Assembly (NCBI GenBank): GCA_963664195.1
Contig: OY760907.1
Coordinates: 1,536,001-1,600,000 of the forward strand
Reading direction: 5' to 3'
Source: an uncultured candidate division Zixibacteria bacterium
GTDB taxonomy: Bacteria; Zixibacteria; MSB-5A5; GN15; FEB-12
DNA length: 64,000 nucleotides
The position numbers and the translations under genes were made by a program. Each line of letters starts with the position of its first letter. The first letter of the stretch is position 1. Positions 39,296 to 50,149 of this stretch are shown piece after piece. Below the pieces are notes generated by a model, which saw only the letters and a list, made by a program, of their open reading frames with translations, was not told the DNA's origin and did not search any database.

Positions 39296-39902
39296 AATCT
39301 GACTCAATGGGTTGTTTTCGCACGGTCCGTTTTGGGGAGATTTGGGGTAGGACCTGAAAGAAGGCCCGTTCGATTCCTGGCTCCGGACGAGGTGCCGAAC
39401 ACCGATGGGGCGGTTTCCACGGGGCGAAGATGGCAGAACCGCTTTGGGAGCTGTGTCTGGCTCGCGAATGCGTTTGCTCGAGTTCTGCTCTACGGGAGAG
39501 CGGCCGAAGCTCCATCCGACGCTTAGCTCTGGACGGGGTACCGAAGACCGATGGGGCGGTTTTCGCAGGGGACTGTCACCGCGGGATTCTCGCTATCAGC
39601 GCAATTGCGGGAACAATCAAGTGTCGGGTCGGTTTGCATCGGTAAGGGTGCCGTTTTGGCGTCCGGCACAAATGTGGACCGACATTGCTGCCTTGGGTTA
39701 TTTCCGGTTTGGATCAACAGTGGCGATGGGTTTGGCGTGTTTTCAGAAAACTACGTGGATAGGTTGCAGCAATTATAAGTTGACAGGTGCAGATCGCTGA
39801 CGCTATTTTCTTCCCGGTGCGGATGTGGTTTAGTGGAATCATTATATCTACAATATCCGGTTAAGCGTCGCGCAAAGCAAAAGGCAGGTTGGAAGGTTTT
39901 CA

Positions 39903-40550
39903 TTGGCACAGATATTTCCCAAATGGACTAATCATCTACCCACTATGGTGGCGCTGGGCGGTTTTATCGCTCTCGTTATCGGGGTGGGGGGAGTCTGGTA
40001 CTTCTTTTCGCCGAAATATACCGATGTCGGTTATCAGCCGGTGCAGCCGGTGGAATACAGTCACAAGGTCCATGTCGGTGATCTCGGGATGGATTGCCGC
40101 TACTGTCACACGGGAGTTGAGACCCAGGCACATGCCAATGTGCCGCCGACACGAACCTGCATGAACTGTCATACAATGGTGAAGGCCGAGAGTGACAGCT
40201 TGGCACTGGTGCGAGAGAGTTTCATCTCCGGGCAGCCGATGGAATGGGTGCGGGTGCACAATCTCCCCGACTACGTCTATTTTGATCACTCGGCGCACAT
40301 AAATGTGGGAGTCGGCTGCAAGAGCTGCCACGGCCCGATCGACAAGATGGAGAGGGTTCGTTTGGCGGAACCGTTGAATATGGGCTGGTGTCTGGATTGC
40401 CATCGCAACCCGGATCCGCATCTTCGCCCGCTGGAAGAAGTCACCAATATGAACTGGCAGCCGCCGGTAGATCAGGCGGCGTTTGCTATCACTACCAGAC
40501 AAGAGAGAAAAATCAACCCGCCGACCGACTGCTCGGCGTGTCATCGATAG
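39903..40550 (+). CDS. actA: Alternative complex III pentaheme cytochrome c subunit
   Basis: N-terminal TM; five CxxCH motifs (CRYCH, CMNCH, CKSCH, CLDCH, CSACH); GYQP.QP, LPDYVYFDHS.H. Confidence 0.92.
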   Translation: MAQIFPKWTNHLPTMVALGGFIALVIGVGGVWYFFSPKYTDVGYQPVQPVEYSHKVHVGDLGMDCRYCHTGVETQAHANVPPTRTCMNCHTMVKAESDSLALVRESFISGQPMEWVRVHNLPDYVYFDHSAHINVGVGCKSCHGPIDKMERVRLAEPLNMGWCLDCHRNPDPHLRPLEEVTNMNWQPPVDQAAFAITTRQERKINPPTDCSACHR

Positions 40551-40558
40551 AGACTGAT

Positions 40559-43522
40559 ATGAAGCTGAACGGCAGACAATACTGGCGCTCGTTGAATCAA
40601 CTGGCAGATACGGAAGAATTCCGTGAGTTCCTGCATCGCGAGTTTCCCAAAGGGACCGCCGAACTGGCGCAGGATAACAGTTGGTCGCGCAGGAGTTTCC
40701 TGACGACTATGGGGGCGTCGCTGGCTCTGGCCGGCTTGACCGGCTGCCGCCGTCCGGTGGAAAAGATTGTGCCGTACGTGACGCGCCCCGAGGAAGTTAA
40801 CCCCGGCGTTCCCAATCAGTACGCCACGACAATGCCGATGGGGACCGGTGCCTACGGTCTGGTGGTGACGTCGCATGAGGGAAGACCGACCAAAATCGAA
40901 GGCAATGCGCTGCATCCGTCATCGCGTGGGTCGGTCAATCCGATAGTGCAGGCCTCGATTCTGAATCTGTACGATCCGGACCGCTCGCAGTCGGTGCTGA
41001 AGCAGGGGCGAGGGGTTTCGTATGAGGATTTCCTCACCTTCTGGAGCGAACAGGCCGGGCGTTATGATTCGAGCAGGGGGGCGGGGCTGGCGGTATTGGC
41101 GGAGTCTTTTGCATCGCCGACTATGGCCCGCCTGAAAAAGCAGTTTGAATCCGAGTTCCCACAGGCCCAATGGGTGACCTGGGAGCCTGTCAGTGACGAG
41201 AACGGGTTTGCCGGTATCGAGGCGGCGACAGGACAGTCGCTGAAGCCGGTACATGATTACAGCAAGGCCAAAGTGATTCTGTCGCTGGATTGCGATTTCC
41301 TGGGACATGAATCCAACGCTATTGCTGCCACTCGCGGCTTCTCAGAGGGCCGACGGGTTACGAGTCAGTCCGATGACATGAATCGCCTCTATATTGTAGA
41401 GAGTGCTCTTTCGACTACCGGCATGATGGCGGATCACCGTCTGCGAATGAAATCGGCGCTGGTTGGCCGGTTTGTGCAGGCGCTGGCCTCGGAGCTGAAT
41501 GCTGCGGGCGTGAAAACCGGATTCGGTGGCGACTCCGGCTCGAGTGACTTCGATTCAAAATGGGTGAGAACCCTGGCGAAAGATCTCGCCGGCGCCGGAA
41601 GCAAGGCTCTTGTTGTGGCCGGGCGACGTCAACCGGCGGCGGTTCATGCAATGGTGTGCGCGCTCAACGCCGTGCTGGATTCAAAGGCGGTTGAATATCG
41701 CGGGATGGCGGGGACTGAGGTTTCCGATAGTCTTGCGTTCGTCGGTCTTGTTGACAAAATGAAGGCGGGGCAGATTGAAACCCTCGTGATGCTTGGCGGC
41801 AACCCGGTTTACAACGCGCCGGTTGATCACCAGTTCCCGTTTGCGCTGAGCAAAGTCAAGCAGACGATTCACCTGGCGAGCCATGTCGATGAGACCTCGG
41901 CGCGATGCACCTGGCATATTCCGAGAGCGCATTATCTCGAAAGCTGGGGCGATGCGCGTTCGATTGATGACACGCTGAGTGTCGTTCAGCCGCTGCTTGA
42001 GCCGCTCTATGATGGTAAGGCCGATGTTGAGTTCCTTTCGGCACTGATTACCGGGATGGCAGCTACGGGATATGAGCTCGTGCGTGAGACATGGAAGTCG
42101 GCGCTTGAGGGTGGAGATTTTGAGAAGAAATGGCGTCGCGTATTGCACGATGGTGTCTATGCAGGCGGCACTGCTGCAACCAAACCGAGAGTGAATAGCA
42201 AGGCCGTCGAGGCTCTGACGATCCCCGAGTCATCGGGTATTGAGATCGCGTTTTATCCTTCGGTGGTGTTTGACGGTCGTTTTGCTAACAACGGTTGGTT
42301 GCAGGAGCTGCCGGACGCCGTGACGAAAATCGCCTGGGACAATGTTGCGCTGTTCTCCCCGAAAACGGCCGAAGCCAGCCATGTTGAAAACGGCGATGTT
42401 GTGAAGCTGGAAATCGACGGTCGGGTTCTGGAGATGGCGGCGTTCATCTCACCGGGACAGGCTGATGATTCGATTGCAGTCGCGCTCGGCTACGGGCGTA
42501 GTGCTGCCGGGCGTGTCGGCAACGAGGTCGGGTTTGATACGTTCACACTGCGGACCGCTGCGGCGCCATACTTTGCGTCGGGTCTAAAGATATCCAAAAC
42601 CGAGCGTACGCATGTTCTTGCCAACACACAGGATCACGGCAGTATGGAGGGGCGCGCGATTGTTAGCGAGAATACGCTGGCTGGATACAGGGAGAAGGCT
42701 GAGTTCTTCCCTGAAGGTGTTGAGCACCCACCGCTGCTGCCGCTGTGGGACGAGCATCCTTACAAAAAAGGCTACCAGTGGGGGATGTCAATCGATCTGA
42801 ATTCCTGTGTTGGCTGCAACGCTTGTGTGACGGCCTGCCAGAGTGAAAACAATATACCGGTTATTGGTAAAGAGCAGGTGCGCAAGGGTCGCGAGATGCA
42901 CTGGATGCGTCTTGATCGATATTATGCCGGTGAGCCGGATGATCCCGAAGTGGTTGTACAGCCGATGACCTGCCAGCAATGCGAAATGGCACCATGCGAA
43001 GCGGTCTGCCCGGTGGCGGCCACGGTTCACGATGACGAAGGGCTCAACGTGATGGTGTACAATCGCTGCATCGGGACGCGGTACTGTTCCAACAACTGTC
43101 CCTACAAAGTCAGACGCTTCAACTTCTTTAACTACACCAAGGATCTTCCGGAGGTCGTCCAGATGGTGCAGAATCCGGAGGTTACGGTGCGGTCCCGTGG
43201 TGTGATGGAGAAGTGTTCGTATTGTATTCAGCGGATTAACATGACTAAGATCACAGCCAAGAACGAGGGACGTGAAGTCAAGGACGGCGAAATCCAGACC
43301 GCCTGTCAGCAGGCCTGTCCTGCGAAAGCAATCGTGTTTGGCAATATCAACGACCCGGAGAGCGAGGTTTCGAAGCTGAAGGAGAACGACAGAACATACC
43401 GGGTGCTCGAGGAACTGAATCTGAAGCCGCGTACAAGCTATTTGGCGAAACTGCGCAATCCGCATCCGGATCTTGAGAAGACAAAGCATGACAACGACCA
43501 CCGGTCAGAAGCGGCCGGGTAG
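40559..43522 (+). CDS. actB: Alternative complex III molybdopterin-oxidoreductase-like/Fe-S subunit
   Basis: YWRSL, TAT-like [57 protein letters not shown]. Confidence 0.95.
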   Translation: MKLNGRQYWRSLNQLADTEEFREFLHREFPKGTAELAQDNSWSRRSFLTTMGASLALAGLTGCRRPVEKIVPYVTRPEEVNPGVPNQYATTMPMGTGAYGLVVTSHEGRPTKIEGNALHPSSRGSVNPIVQASILNLYDPDRSQSVLKQGRGVSYEDFLTFWSEQAGRYDSSRGAGLAVLAESFASPTMARLKKQFESEFPQAQWVTWEPVSDENGFAGIEAATGQSLKPVHDYSKAKVILSLDCDFLGHESNAIAATRGFSEGRRVTSQSDDMNRLYIVESALSTTGMMADHRLRMKSALVGRFVQALASELNAAGVKTGFGGDSGSSDFDSKWVRTLAKDLAGAGSKALVVAGRRQPAAVHAMVCALNAVLDSKAVEYRGMAGTEVSDSLAFVGLVDKMKAGQIETLVMLGGNPVYNAPVDHQFPFALSKVKQTIHLASHVDETSARCTWHIPRAHYLESWGDARSIDDTLSVVQPLLEPLYDGKADVEFLSALITGMAATGYELVRETWKSALEGGDFEKKWRRVLHDGVYAGGTAATKPRVNSKAVEALTIPESSGIEIAFYPSVVFDGRFANNGWLQELPDAVTKIAWDNVALFSPKTAEASHVENGDVVKLEIDGRVLEMAAFISPGQADDSIAVALGYGRSAAGRVGNEVGFDTFTLRTAAAPYFASGLKISKTERTHVLANTQDHGSMEGRAIVSENTLAGYREKAEFFPEGVEHPPLLPLWDEHPYKKGYQWGMSIDLNSCVGCNACVTACQSENNIPVIGKEQVRKGREMHWMRLDRYYAGEPDDPEVVVQPMTCQQCEMAPCEAVCPVAATVHDDEGLNVMVYNRCIGTRYCSNNCPYKVRRFNFFNYTKDLPEVVQMVQNPEVTVRSRGVMEKCSYCIQRINMTKITAKNEGREVKDGEIQTACQQACPAKAIVFGNINDPESEVSKLKENDRTYRVLEELNLKPRTSYLAKLRNPHPDLEKTKHDNDHRSEAAG

Positions 43523-43527
43523 AGTAT

Positions 43528-44919
43528 ATGGAAGCTGCAGATAAAACAATGCAGGCATCGCACGCGTCGCACGCCGACCCGCCGTTGATTGAGGGGCGAC
43601 CGACTTTCAAGGCGATAACGGACAAGGTCGCCGGGCTGACGGAACGCAAGACCACAATTACGTGGCTGGCCGCGTTTGGCGCAGCCGGGTCACTGGCCTT
43701 GATCCTGCTAGGTTCGATCGGATACCTCGTATATGAGGGCGTAGGCGTCTGGGGGCTGAACGTGCCGGTTGCCTGGGGCTGGGCGATTGTCAATTTTGTC
43801 TTCTGGGTCGGTATCGGTCACGCCGGGACGCTGATTTCGGCGATCCTGTTTTTGTTCCGTCAGCATTGGCGGACCTCGATCAATCGGTTCGCCGAAGGCA
43901 TGACGATCTTTGCGGTAATATGCGCGCTGGTTTTCCCAGGTATTCACGTCGGTCGTGTCTGGGTAGTGCACTGGATTTTCCCGCTGCCGAATCAGATGAG
44001 TATGTGGCCGAATTTCCGCAGCCCGCTTTTGTGGGATGTGTTTGCGGTGTCAATCTACTTCGCCTGCTCCCTGTTGTTTTGGTACACGGGACTGATTCCC
44101 GACCTGGCCACAATGCGTGACCGTGCCACAACGAAAATCCGACAGTTTGTGCTGGGGATCTTTTCGCTCGGCTGGCGCGGCGGGAATCGCCAGTGGAAGC
44201 ATTATGAGTTGGCGTATTTGATTTTGGCCGGCGTGTCGACTCCGCTGGTGCTTTCGGTGCATTCGGTGGTGAGTACGGACTTTGCGGTCTCTATTGTGCC
44301 GGGTTGGCACACGACGATTTTCCCGCCGTATTTTGTGGCAGGCGCGATTTTCTCCGGATTCGCAATGGTGATGACGCTGGCCGTGATCACCCGCAAGCTG
44401 TTCAAACTCGAACATATCATCACGCGACTCCACCTTGAGAAGATGAACAAGATTATGTTGCTGACCGGCATGATGGTTGGTTATGCATACGGGTGTGAGT
44501 TTTTCATCGCGTGGTACAGTGGCAATATCACCGAGCAGTTCACGTTTATCAATCGTGCGTTTGGACCGTACGCCTGGGCGTATTGGATTATGGTGTCATG
44601 CAATGTTCTGGTGCCACAGATATTCTGGTTTAAGAAGCTTCGGAATGCAATCCCAGTGATGTTTATCGCCTCGATCTTCATTAATATCGGTATGTGGTTT
44701 GAGCGGTTCGTGATTGTTATGTCGCTGGCGCGTGACTATCTGCCCTCGAGCTGGGGCTACTACACTCCCTCAATTTGGGACGTGATGACGTTTGTCGGAT
44801 CGTTTGGACTGTTCTTCACGCTGTTCCTTTTGTTCACGCGGTTTATGCCGATTGTGTCCATGACTGAGGTCAAGGGTGTATTGCCCCAGGCCTCTCCGCA
44901 TCATGAGGGGGATCACTAA
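43528..44919 (+). CDS. actC: Alternative complex III NrfD-type quinol-binding membrane subunit
   Basis: [50 protein letters not shown]. Confidence 0.95.
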   Translation: MEAADKTMQASHASHADPPLIEGRPTFKAITDKVAGLTERKTTITWLAAFGAAGSLALILLGSIGYLVYEGVGVWGLNVPVAWGWAIVNFVFWVGIGHAGTLISAILFLFRQHWRTSINRFAEGMTIFAVICALVFPGIHVGRVWVVHWIFPLPNQMSMWPNFRSPLLWDVFAVSIYFACSLLFWYTGLIPDLATMRDRATTKIRQFVLGIFSLGWRGGNRQWKHYELAYLILAGVSTPLVLSVHSVVSTDFAVSIVPGWHTTIFPPYFVAGAIFSGFAMVMTLAVITRKLFKLEHIITRLHLEKMNKIMLLTGMMVGYAYGCEFFIAWYSGNITEQFTFINRAFGPYAWAYWIMVSCNVLVPQIFWFKKLRNAIPVMFIASIFINIGMWFERFVIVMSLARDYLPSSWGYYTPSIWDVMTFVGSFGLFFTLFLLFTRFMPIVSMTEVKGVLPQASPHHEGDH

Positions 44920-45467
44920 TGAGCAATGGTGTGAAAAACAACGTGTACTCTGTGTTGGCGGAGTTTGACGATCCCGGAGCGCTGTTGCACGCGGCTGAGA
45001 AAGTTCGTGATGAGGGATACGAGAAGTTTGACTGTCATTCGCCTTTTCCGATCCACGGTATGGATGCCGCGATGGGATTGAAGCGTTCGCCGGTAGGGTA
45101 TATCGCGGGTATCTGTGGTTTTCTGGGCGGAGCGTTCGGGTTCTGGCTGCAGTGGTGGACAAGTGCGGTTGATTACCCGATGGTCATCTCCGGCAAGCCG
45201 TTTTTCAGTTTCCAGGCGTTCATGATCGTGACGTTCGGATTGACGGTACTGGGGGCGGCCTTCGGTGCCGTGATCAGTATGCTGATGATCAATCGTCTGC
45301 CGCAGTTTTTTCACGGGAATTTCTATTCGAAGACGTTTGCGAAAGTCACCGACGACGGTTTCGTAGTAAGCATTGAGGCGGATGATCCGAAGTTCGATCA
45401 GGACAAAACGCGGAGTTTCCTGGAGTCCATTGGCGGGAAAAACGTGGAGGTAATAACAGGTCCATGA
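44919..45467 (+). CDS. actD: Alternative complex III subunit D (DUF3341)
   Basis: SPFPIHG, DYP...GKP, two TM segments, TDDGF. Confidence 0.9.
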   Translation: MSNGVKNNVYSVLAEFDDPGALLHAAEKVRDEGYEKFDCHSPFPIHGMDAAMGLKRSPVGYIAGICGFLGGAFGFWLQWWTSAVDYPMVISGKPFFSFQAFMIVTFGLTVLGAAFGAVISMLMINRLPQFFHGNFYSKTFAKVTDDGFVVSIEADDPKFDQDKTRSFLESIGGKNVEVITGP

Positions 45468-46132
45468 CCCGCGAGCGTGTTTCATTGAAAGGGGAAAGGC
45501 AGGTGCCTGTCGTGTCAAAGATGACGACCGGCTTGTCGCTGGTGTTGCTTGCTGTGGCCGTGTTGTCAGCCGGTCTGTTGAGCGGGTGCGGGCGAGGAGA
45601 GACTTTCGAAGATCCCCCGATTCATCTGGTACCAAACATGGATGAACAGCCCAAATACAAAACGCAGTCCGAGAGCCGGTTCTATGCCGACGGTCTGGCG
45701 ATGCGTGAGCCGGTCGAGGGTACGGTAGCGCGTGGGTGGCTTCGCGAAGATGTCGCTTTTTTCACCGGCAAGCATGAGAACGGTCGGCTGGTGCAGGAGA
45801 ATCCGCTGACGGTCAACGCGGAATTGCTCGCACGAGGGAAGGGGCGATTTGGCATCTTCTGTGCGCCCTGCCACGGGTCGATAGGCGACGGCAATAGCAA
45901 GGTAGTGGAGAAGGGGATGCTTCGGCCGCCGAATTTCCATTTGCAGCGGTTGCGGGATACGGCTGACGGCCATTTCTTCGACGTGATTACCAACGGTGTG
46001 CGCAACATGCCGCCTTACAAATACCAGATTCCGGTGGAAGATCGCTGGGCGATTGTCGGATATCTCCGTGCGCTTCAGCAAGAACACCCGGTGGCACCCG
46101 AGCCGAAGCCGGAGACGGCATCAAATCAATAA
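45464..46132 (+). CDS. actE: Alternative complex III monoheme cytochrome c lipoprotein
   Basis: Lipobox LSG-C, M..QPK, P.EGTVARG, CAPCHG, MP.Y, DRWAIV.Y. Confidence 0.9.
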   Translation: MTRERVSLKGERQVPVVSKMTTGLSLVLLAVAVLSAGLLSGCGRGETFEDPPIHLVPNMDEQPKYKTQSESRFYADGLAMREPVEGTVARGWLREDVAFFTGKHENGRLVQENPLTVNAELLARGKGRFGIFCAPCHGSIGDGNSKVVEKGMLRPPNFHLQRLRDTADGHFFDVITNGVRNMPPYKYQIPVEDRWAIVGYLRALQQEHPVAPEPKPETASNQ

Positions 46133-46146
46133 GTGGTTGAGAGTAG

Positions 46147-47328
46147 ATGAAGTTCGACGCAAAAACATATCGGCTGACCGAAAAGGGCAAGTTTGAGTGG
46201 ATTGCCGGGGGAATCGGCATGCTTGGGCTGGTGCTCACGTGGGTTGCTGTGCTCACCGATTGGCCGCGGCTGGCTCATGCTCACCTGACAGCGGCCGTGT
46301 TCTGGACATCGCTCGGACTTGGCGGACTGTTCTTCACGATGCTTCATCACCTGACCAACGCCAAATGGAGTGTGGCGCTGAGGCGGATATCCGAAAACCT
46401 GATGCTGCAGCTTCCGTTGATGGCCCTGGCGTTTCTGCCTATACTCTTCGACTTGCACGATCTGTATCACTGGTCGCACGAGGAGGCAGTGGCTCATGAT
46501 GCGATTCTCCAGGCGAAGTCCGGCTATCTAAACGCACCGTTTTTCGTGGTCAGGACTGTGGGGTATTTCGTCATTTGGTCTGTGCTGGCTTTTGCGCTGT
46601 ATCGAGTGTCGCTGAAGCAGGACAAGGGGCATACCGAAGAACACCGTGCGAAGATGCGCAAGCTGTCCGCGATCGGCATGCTGCTGTTTGCCCCCACGAT
46701 TACCTTTGCGTCTTACGACTGGCTGATGTCGATTGAGCCGCACTGGTTCTCGACCATTTTCGGCGTGTATTTCTTTGGCGGGGTCTTCTTTGGATTCCTG
46801 GCGTTGTTGACCGGAATTTGTGTTCTGCTGAGACAGAAGAATGTGCTTCGCGGTATTGTGACGCGGGAGCACTTCCATGATCTGGGCAAGTTCATGCTCG
46901 GTTTCGTCATCTTCTGGTCATATATCGGTTTTTCGCAGTATTTCCTCATCTGGTACGGCAACGTGCCTGAGGAGACCTACTGGTATTTGATGCGCTGGGA
47001 GGGAAGTTGGAAGACGGTCAGTATGATTCTCATACTTGGCCATTTCGCGCTGCCGTTTGTTGTGCTGCTGTTCCAGCGGATCAAGCGCAGCATGACGGTG
47101 ATGGCTATTGTGTCGATCTGGTTCCTCGTCGTGCACTGGATTGATTTGTACTGGCTAGTGTATCCGACCTTCATGAAGGAGGGGGCCGGCTTTACGTGGA
47201 TTGAAGTAGCCCCGATGATGCTGATTGGCGGCGTGTTCATGGTCGGGTTCTGGCGACGGATGACCTCGCAGCCGGTGGTTCCCGTGGGTGATCCGCATCT
47301 GAAAACCTCGATCGAGCACACGACTTAG
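46147..47328 (+). CDS. actF: Alternative complex III membrane subunit F
   Basis: LYHW, K..YLN.PFF, DW.MS..PHWFST, HDLGK, FSQY.LIWY.N.PEE. Confidence 0.9.
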   Translation: MKFDAKTYRLTEKGKFEWIAGGIGMLGLVLTWVAVLTDWPRLAHAHLTAAVFWTSLGLGGLFFTMLHHLTNAKWSVALRRISENLMLQLPLMALAFLPILFDLHDLYHWSHEEAVAHDAILQAKSGYLNAPFFVVRTVGYFVIWSVLAFALYRVSLKQDKGHTEEHRAKMRKLSAIGMLLFAPTITFASYDWLMSIEPHWFSTIFGVYFFGGVFFGFLALLTGICVLLRQKNVLRGIVTREHFHDLGKFMLGFVIFWSYIGFSQYFLIWYGNVPEETYWYLMRWEGSWKTVSMILILGHFALPFVVLLFQRIKRSMTVMAIVSIWFLVVHWIDLYWLVYPTFMKEGAGFTWIEVAPMMLIGGVFMVGFWRRMTSQPVVPVGDPHLKTSIEHTT

Positions 47329-47563
47329 CGGCACGACGAGCCGATTCCAAACACACATGCGACAGGACGACTTCGTCCGACAGCTCTGGAAGCATGTGCC
47401 TCTCACATGAACAGTTTTAGTCCGGGTGTGTGTCATACTGCCACGAACTTGTGAGCGAATCTAACGTATAACCCTGCAATCACAACGATTTTCATTTTGG
47501 CATCCGGTTTGTATGTTGTATTGTCGTTAACGTATTCAAACACAAGGAGACAGGCAGAGGGAC

Positions 47564-49969
47564 ATGAAGAAAGCGCTCACCATACTATCGATACTCGGAT
47601 TTCTATTCATTTTTGACGCTGACTACGGACATACTTCCGGGAATGACGATGGCGGTCGCATGGTTGTCGAGGGGACAATCTTCGATGCCGAGACCAACGA
47701 CCCGATACCGTTTGCCACTGTGCGCGTGCTCGGAACCGGCAAGTCTACGCTGGCCAACGACGACGGGCAATATCGGCTGGTGCTTCACGGCGACGGTCAC
47801 AATCTGAAATTTAGCCATGTTTCTCACTATTCGGAAGAGATGCAGGTTTCTGGTCCGGAGTCGATTTCGGGGCTGGACATTCACCTGCGTTCAAATCTGG
47901 TGAATATTGGCGAGTTCAAGGTTTATACCCGTGCGTATGATCCCGGGCAAATGATCATCCTTGAGGCGATCAAACGCAAAGAAGATATCCTTACGAAAAT
48001 CCATGACTACCGATACGACGCCTATATCAAGCTCAACGTCACCGATGAAAGCAAAGAGGACTCGACCGAGATTCTTCTGCTGACCGAGACTCAGACAACA
48101 GCCTATTGGGAGTATCCTGACAAATACAAAGAAGTGATCACGGCTCGGCGACAGTCTTCAAATTTGGACGCGGAGGACAACCTCGTCACGGTCGGCAATA
48201 TCCTGAATTTCAACCAGAATCGGCTTGAGATCGGACCGTACTCCATGGTCACGCCGACTGCCGACGACGCACTGAATCATTACAACTACTACCTGGTCGA
48301 CACGGTTCTGTTTAACGACAATCCTGTGTTTGTGCTGGAGATCGAACCCAAGAACCCGAACCTGCCGCTTTTCAAAGGCTCCATCTACATTGCGGATTCA
48401 ACGTACGATGTGGTGCAGGTGGAGGTTGAGTTTAGTGACGGGGTTGATTTCCCGATGATAGTCGATCCCAAGTACTCCCAGCGGTTTGCGCAGTTCGAGG
48501 ACGAGTACTGGATGCCGATTGAGATCAAGTTTTCGGCCAAGTTCAAAATCGATGTACCATTGCCTTCGGTGCCGGATCTAATCGGCTTGAGCCACACCGC
48601 GTCGTTGTACGATTATGTGTTTGACGTTGGATATGACGATGTATTCGATGAGTACGCTCTGGAAGTTGCGGAGGCGGCGGATGACTATGATTCAACGGCC
48701 TGGTTTGCGCGGCAGACGATTCCGCTGACTGCGGACGAAATAGAGGGATATGCACGGATTGATTCTATCGAGAACGTGCCGCCTTCGGTCAAAGATGTTG
48801 TTCTCGGAGCTACTTTTGCCTCGCTGATGCTGGCCTCCGGTGAGGCAGGGGACTTTTTCAGATTCAATCGGGTGGAGGGTCCGTATGTAGGAATCGGCCT
48901 TACCAGAGATCGTCTGATCAAAGACACGGAAATCAGGTTCAAGACGGGTTATGCCATCGACGCTAAGCGCTGGGAGCACCAGTTTGGTGTTACTCATCGT
49001 TTTCACCGGAAGCAGAAGCTCGATCTCGGGTTTGATGTTTTCAGTCGGATCAAGCACCGGCCTGCGCTGTTTGCCGGTGAAGATGACAACTCGACATTCT
49101 TTGCGCTCTGGGACCAGACCGACCAATTCGATTATTACCGTACCCGTGGAATTGAGCTATTCGGGTCAGTGAAACTGCTTGATCATACTCGTCTGAAGCT
49201 GACTTATCATGACTCGCGCGATTTCTCAATCCACGAAAACACGGACTTCAGCTTCTTCGGTGATGACACTCTCGCAGTGCGACGGAATCCTGGAATTCGA
49301 GAGGGCAAGCTCCGGTCGATTTCAGCGGACTTCTCGTTCGATTCCCGCAGCCTGTTTTCCAACAAGGGACGTGATGTCATAATCGATGACGTACAATATT
49401 CGCAATTGAAAATCGGGGTCGAGTACGCCTCGCCGGACCTGATTGGCAACGACTTTGATTATACGAGGTACTTTGTCTCGGCGAAGCGACGGCAGCGAAC
49501 ACTTGGTTTGGGAGTGACGACGTTCAATGCTTATGCCGGTGGATCGGAAGGAACTCTGCCTCCACAGCGGTATTTCTCGGTCGATTTCAGCGACCCGGTT
49601 CTGGCAACGCTCACTCAGCCGCAGACGCTTGATCAGGAGAGTTTCGGAGGTAGCAGAGTGTTGGCCCTTTCCTTCCGTCACCAGTTCAGGCGACGCCTCT
49701 GGGTGCAGAGCGGAATACCGGTGATTAAGGACATACCGTTCTGGCTCGGTGTTCACGGCGGGGTCTTCTGGACGGATTTTGAGAATCACGTTTCTCAACC
49801 GGAGGACGACCTCATAAGGAATGCGGGAAAGCCATATCGTGAGCTTGGTTTCTCGATTGGAAACCTCACGCCGTTTATTGCTCCCCTGAACCTTGCTCTC
49901 GGTTTCACCTGGCAACTGTCGGACTACGACACGAGCGACTACAGCGTCATGTTCGGGTTCGAGTTCTAA
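47564..49969 (+). CDS. Outer-membrane protein with a carboxypeptidase-like regulatory domain and a DUF5686-like region
   Basis: Signal peptide; G.I.DAET..PIPFATV, Y.YYL.DT, G.IYI.DS.Y, RFNRVEG; C-terminal F. Confidence 0.75.
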   Translation: MKKALTILSILGFLFIFDADYGHTSGNDDGGRMVVEGTIFDAETNDPIPFATVRVLGTGKSTLANDDGQYRLVLHGDGHNLKFSHVSHYSEEMQVSGPESISGLDIHLRSNLVNIGEFKVYTRAYDPGQMIILEAIKRKEDILTKIHDYRYDAYIKLNVTDESKEDSTEILLLTETQTTAYWEYPDKYKEVITARRQSSNLDAEDNLVTVGNILNFNQNRLEIGPYSMVTPTADDALNHYNYYLVDTVLFNDNPVFVLEIEPKNPNLPLFKGSIYIADSTYDVVQVEVEFSDGVDFPMIVDPKYSQRFAQFEDEYWMPIEIKFSAKFKIDVPLPSVPDLIGLSHTASLYDYVFDVGYDDVFDEYALEVAEAADDYDSTAWFARQTIPLTADEIEGYARIDSIENVPPSVKDVVLGATFASLMLASGEAGDFFRFNRVEGPYVGIGLTRDRLIKDTEIRFKTGYAIDAKRWEHQFGVTHRFHRKQKLDLGFDVFSRIKHRPALFAGEDDNSTFFALWDQTDQFDYYRTRGIELFGSVKLLDHTRLKLTYHDSRDFSIHENTDFSFFGDDTLAVRRNPGIREGKLRSISADFSFDSRSLFSNKGRDVIIDDVQYSQLKIGVEYASPDLIGNDFDYTRYFVSAKRRQRTLGLGVTTFNAYAGGSEGTLPPQRYFSVDFSDPVLATLTQPQTLDQESFGGSRVLALSFRHQFRRRLWVQSGIPVIKDIPFWLGVHGGVFWTDFENHVSQPEDDLIRNAGKPYRELGFSIGNLTPFIAPLNLALGFTWQLSDYDTSDYSVMFGFEF

Positions 49970-49993
49970 CTCGTTGTGAGTCTGTCGAATAAC

Positions 49994-50030
49994 ACGGGGA
50001 GTGCCGGAAGGCGCTTCCCGTTTCCCATTT
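49994..50030 (+). terminator. Intrinsic terminator
   Basis: CGGGGAGTGCC-GGAA-GGCGCTTCCCG followed by a T-rich tail. Confidence 0.6.
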
Positions 50031-50149
50031 ACGTGCCTCCCTGTCTCTAAACTATAACTGCGCTGTTCCGATACCTGTACCTATGGGGCCTGCACCATAC
50101 TTGACGCTAACGGCGGGCATAAACAGACTAACAGGCAGACAGTGACAGC

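Noticed and set aside
39380..39562. Mini CRISPR array
   Set aside because: Only two imperfect repeats, a 109-bp interval, and no cas genes in the window.
39125..39800. Short ORFs in the nrdJ-actA gap
   Set aside because: Mutually overlapping, no RBS or motifs; the region carries regulatory sites instead.
38783..39902. Cobalamin riboswitch upstream of nrdJ
   Set aside because: I could not find the B12-box or GCCACTG core on the - strand; NrdR boxes explain the regulation. An Rfam scan would settle it.
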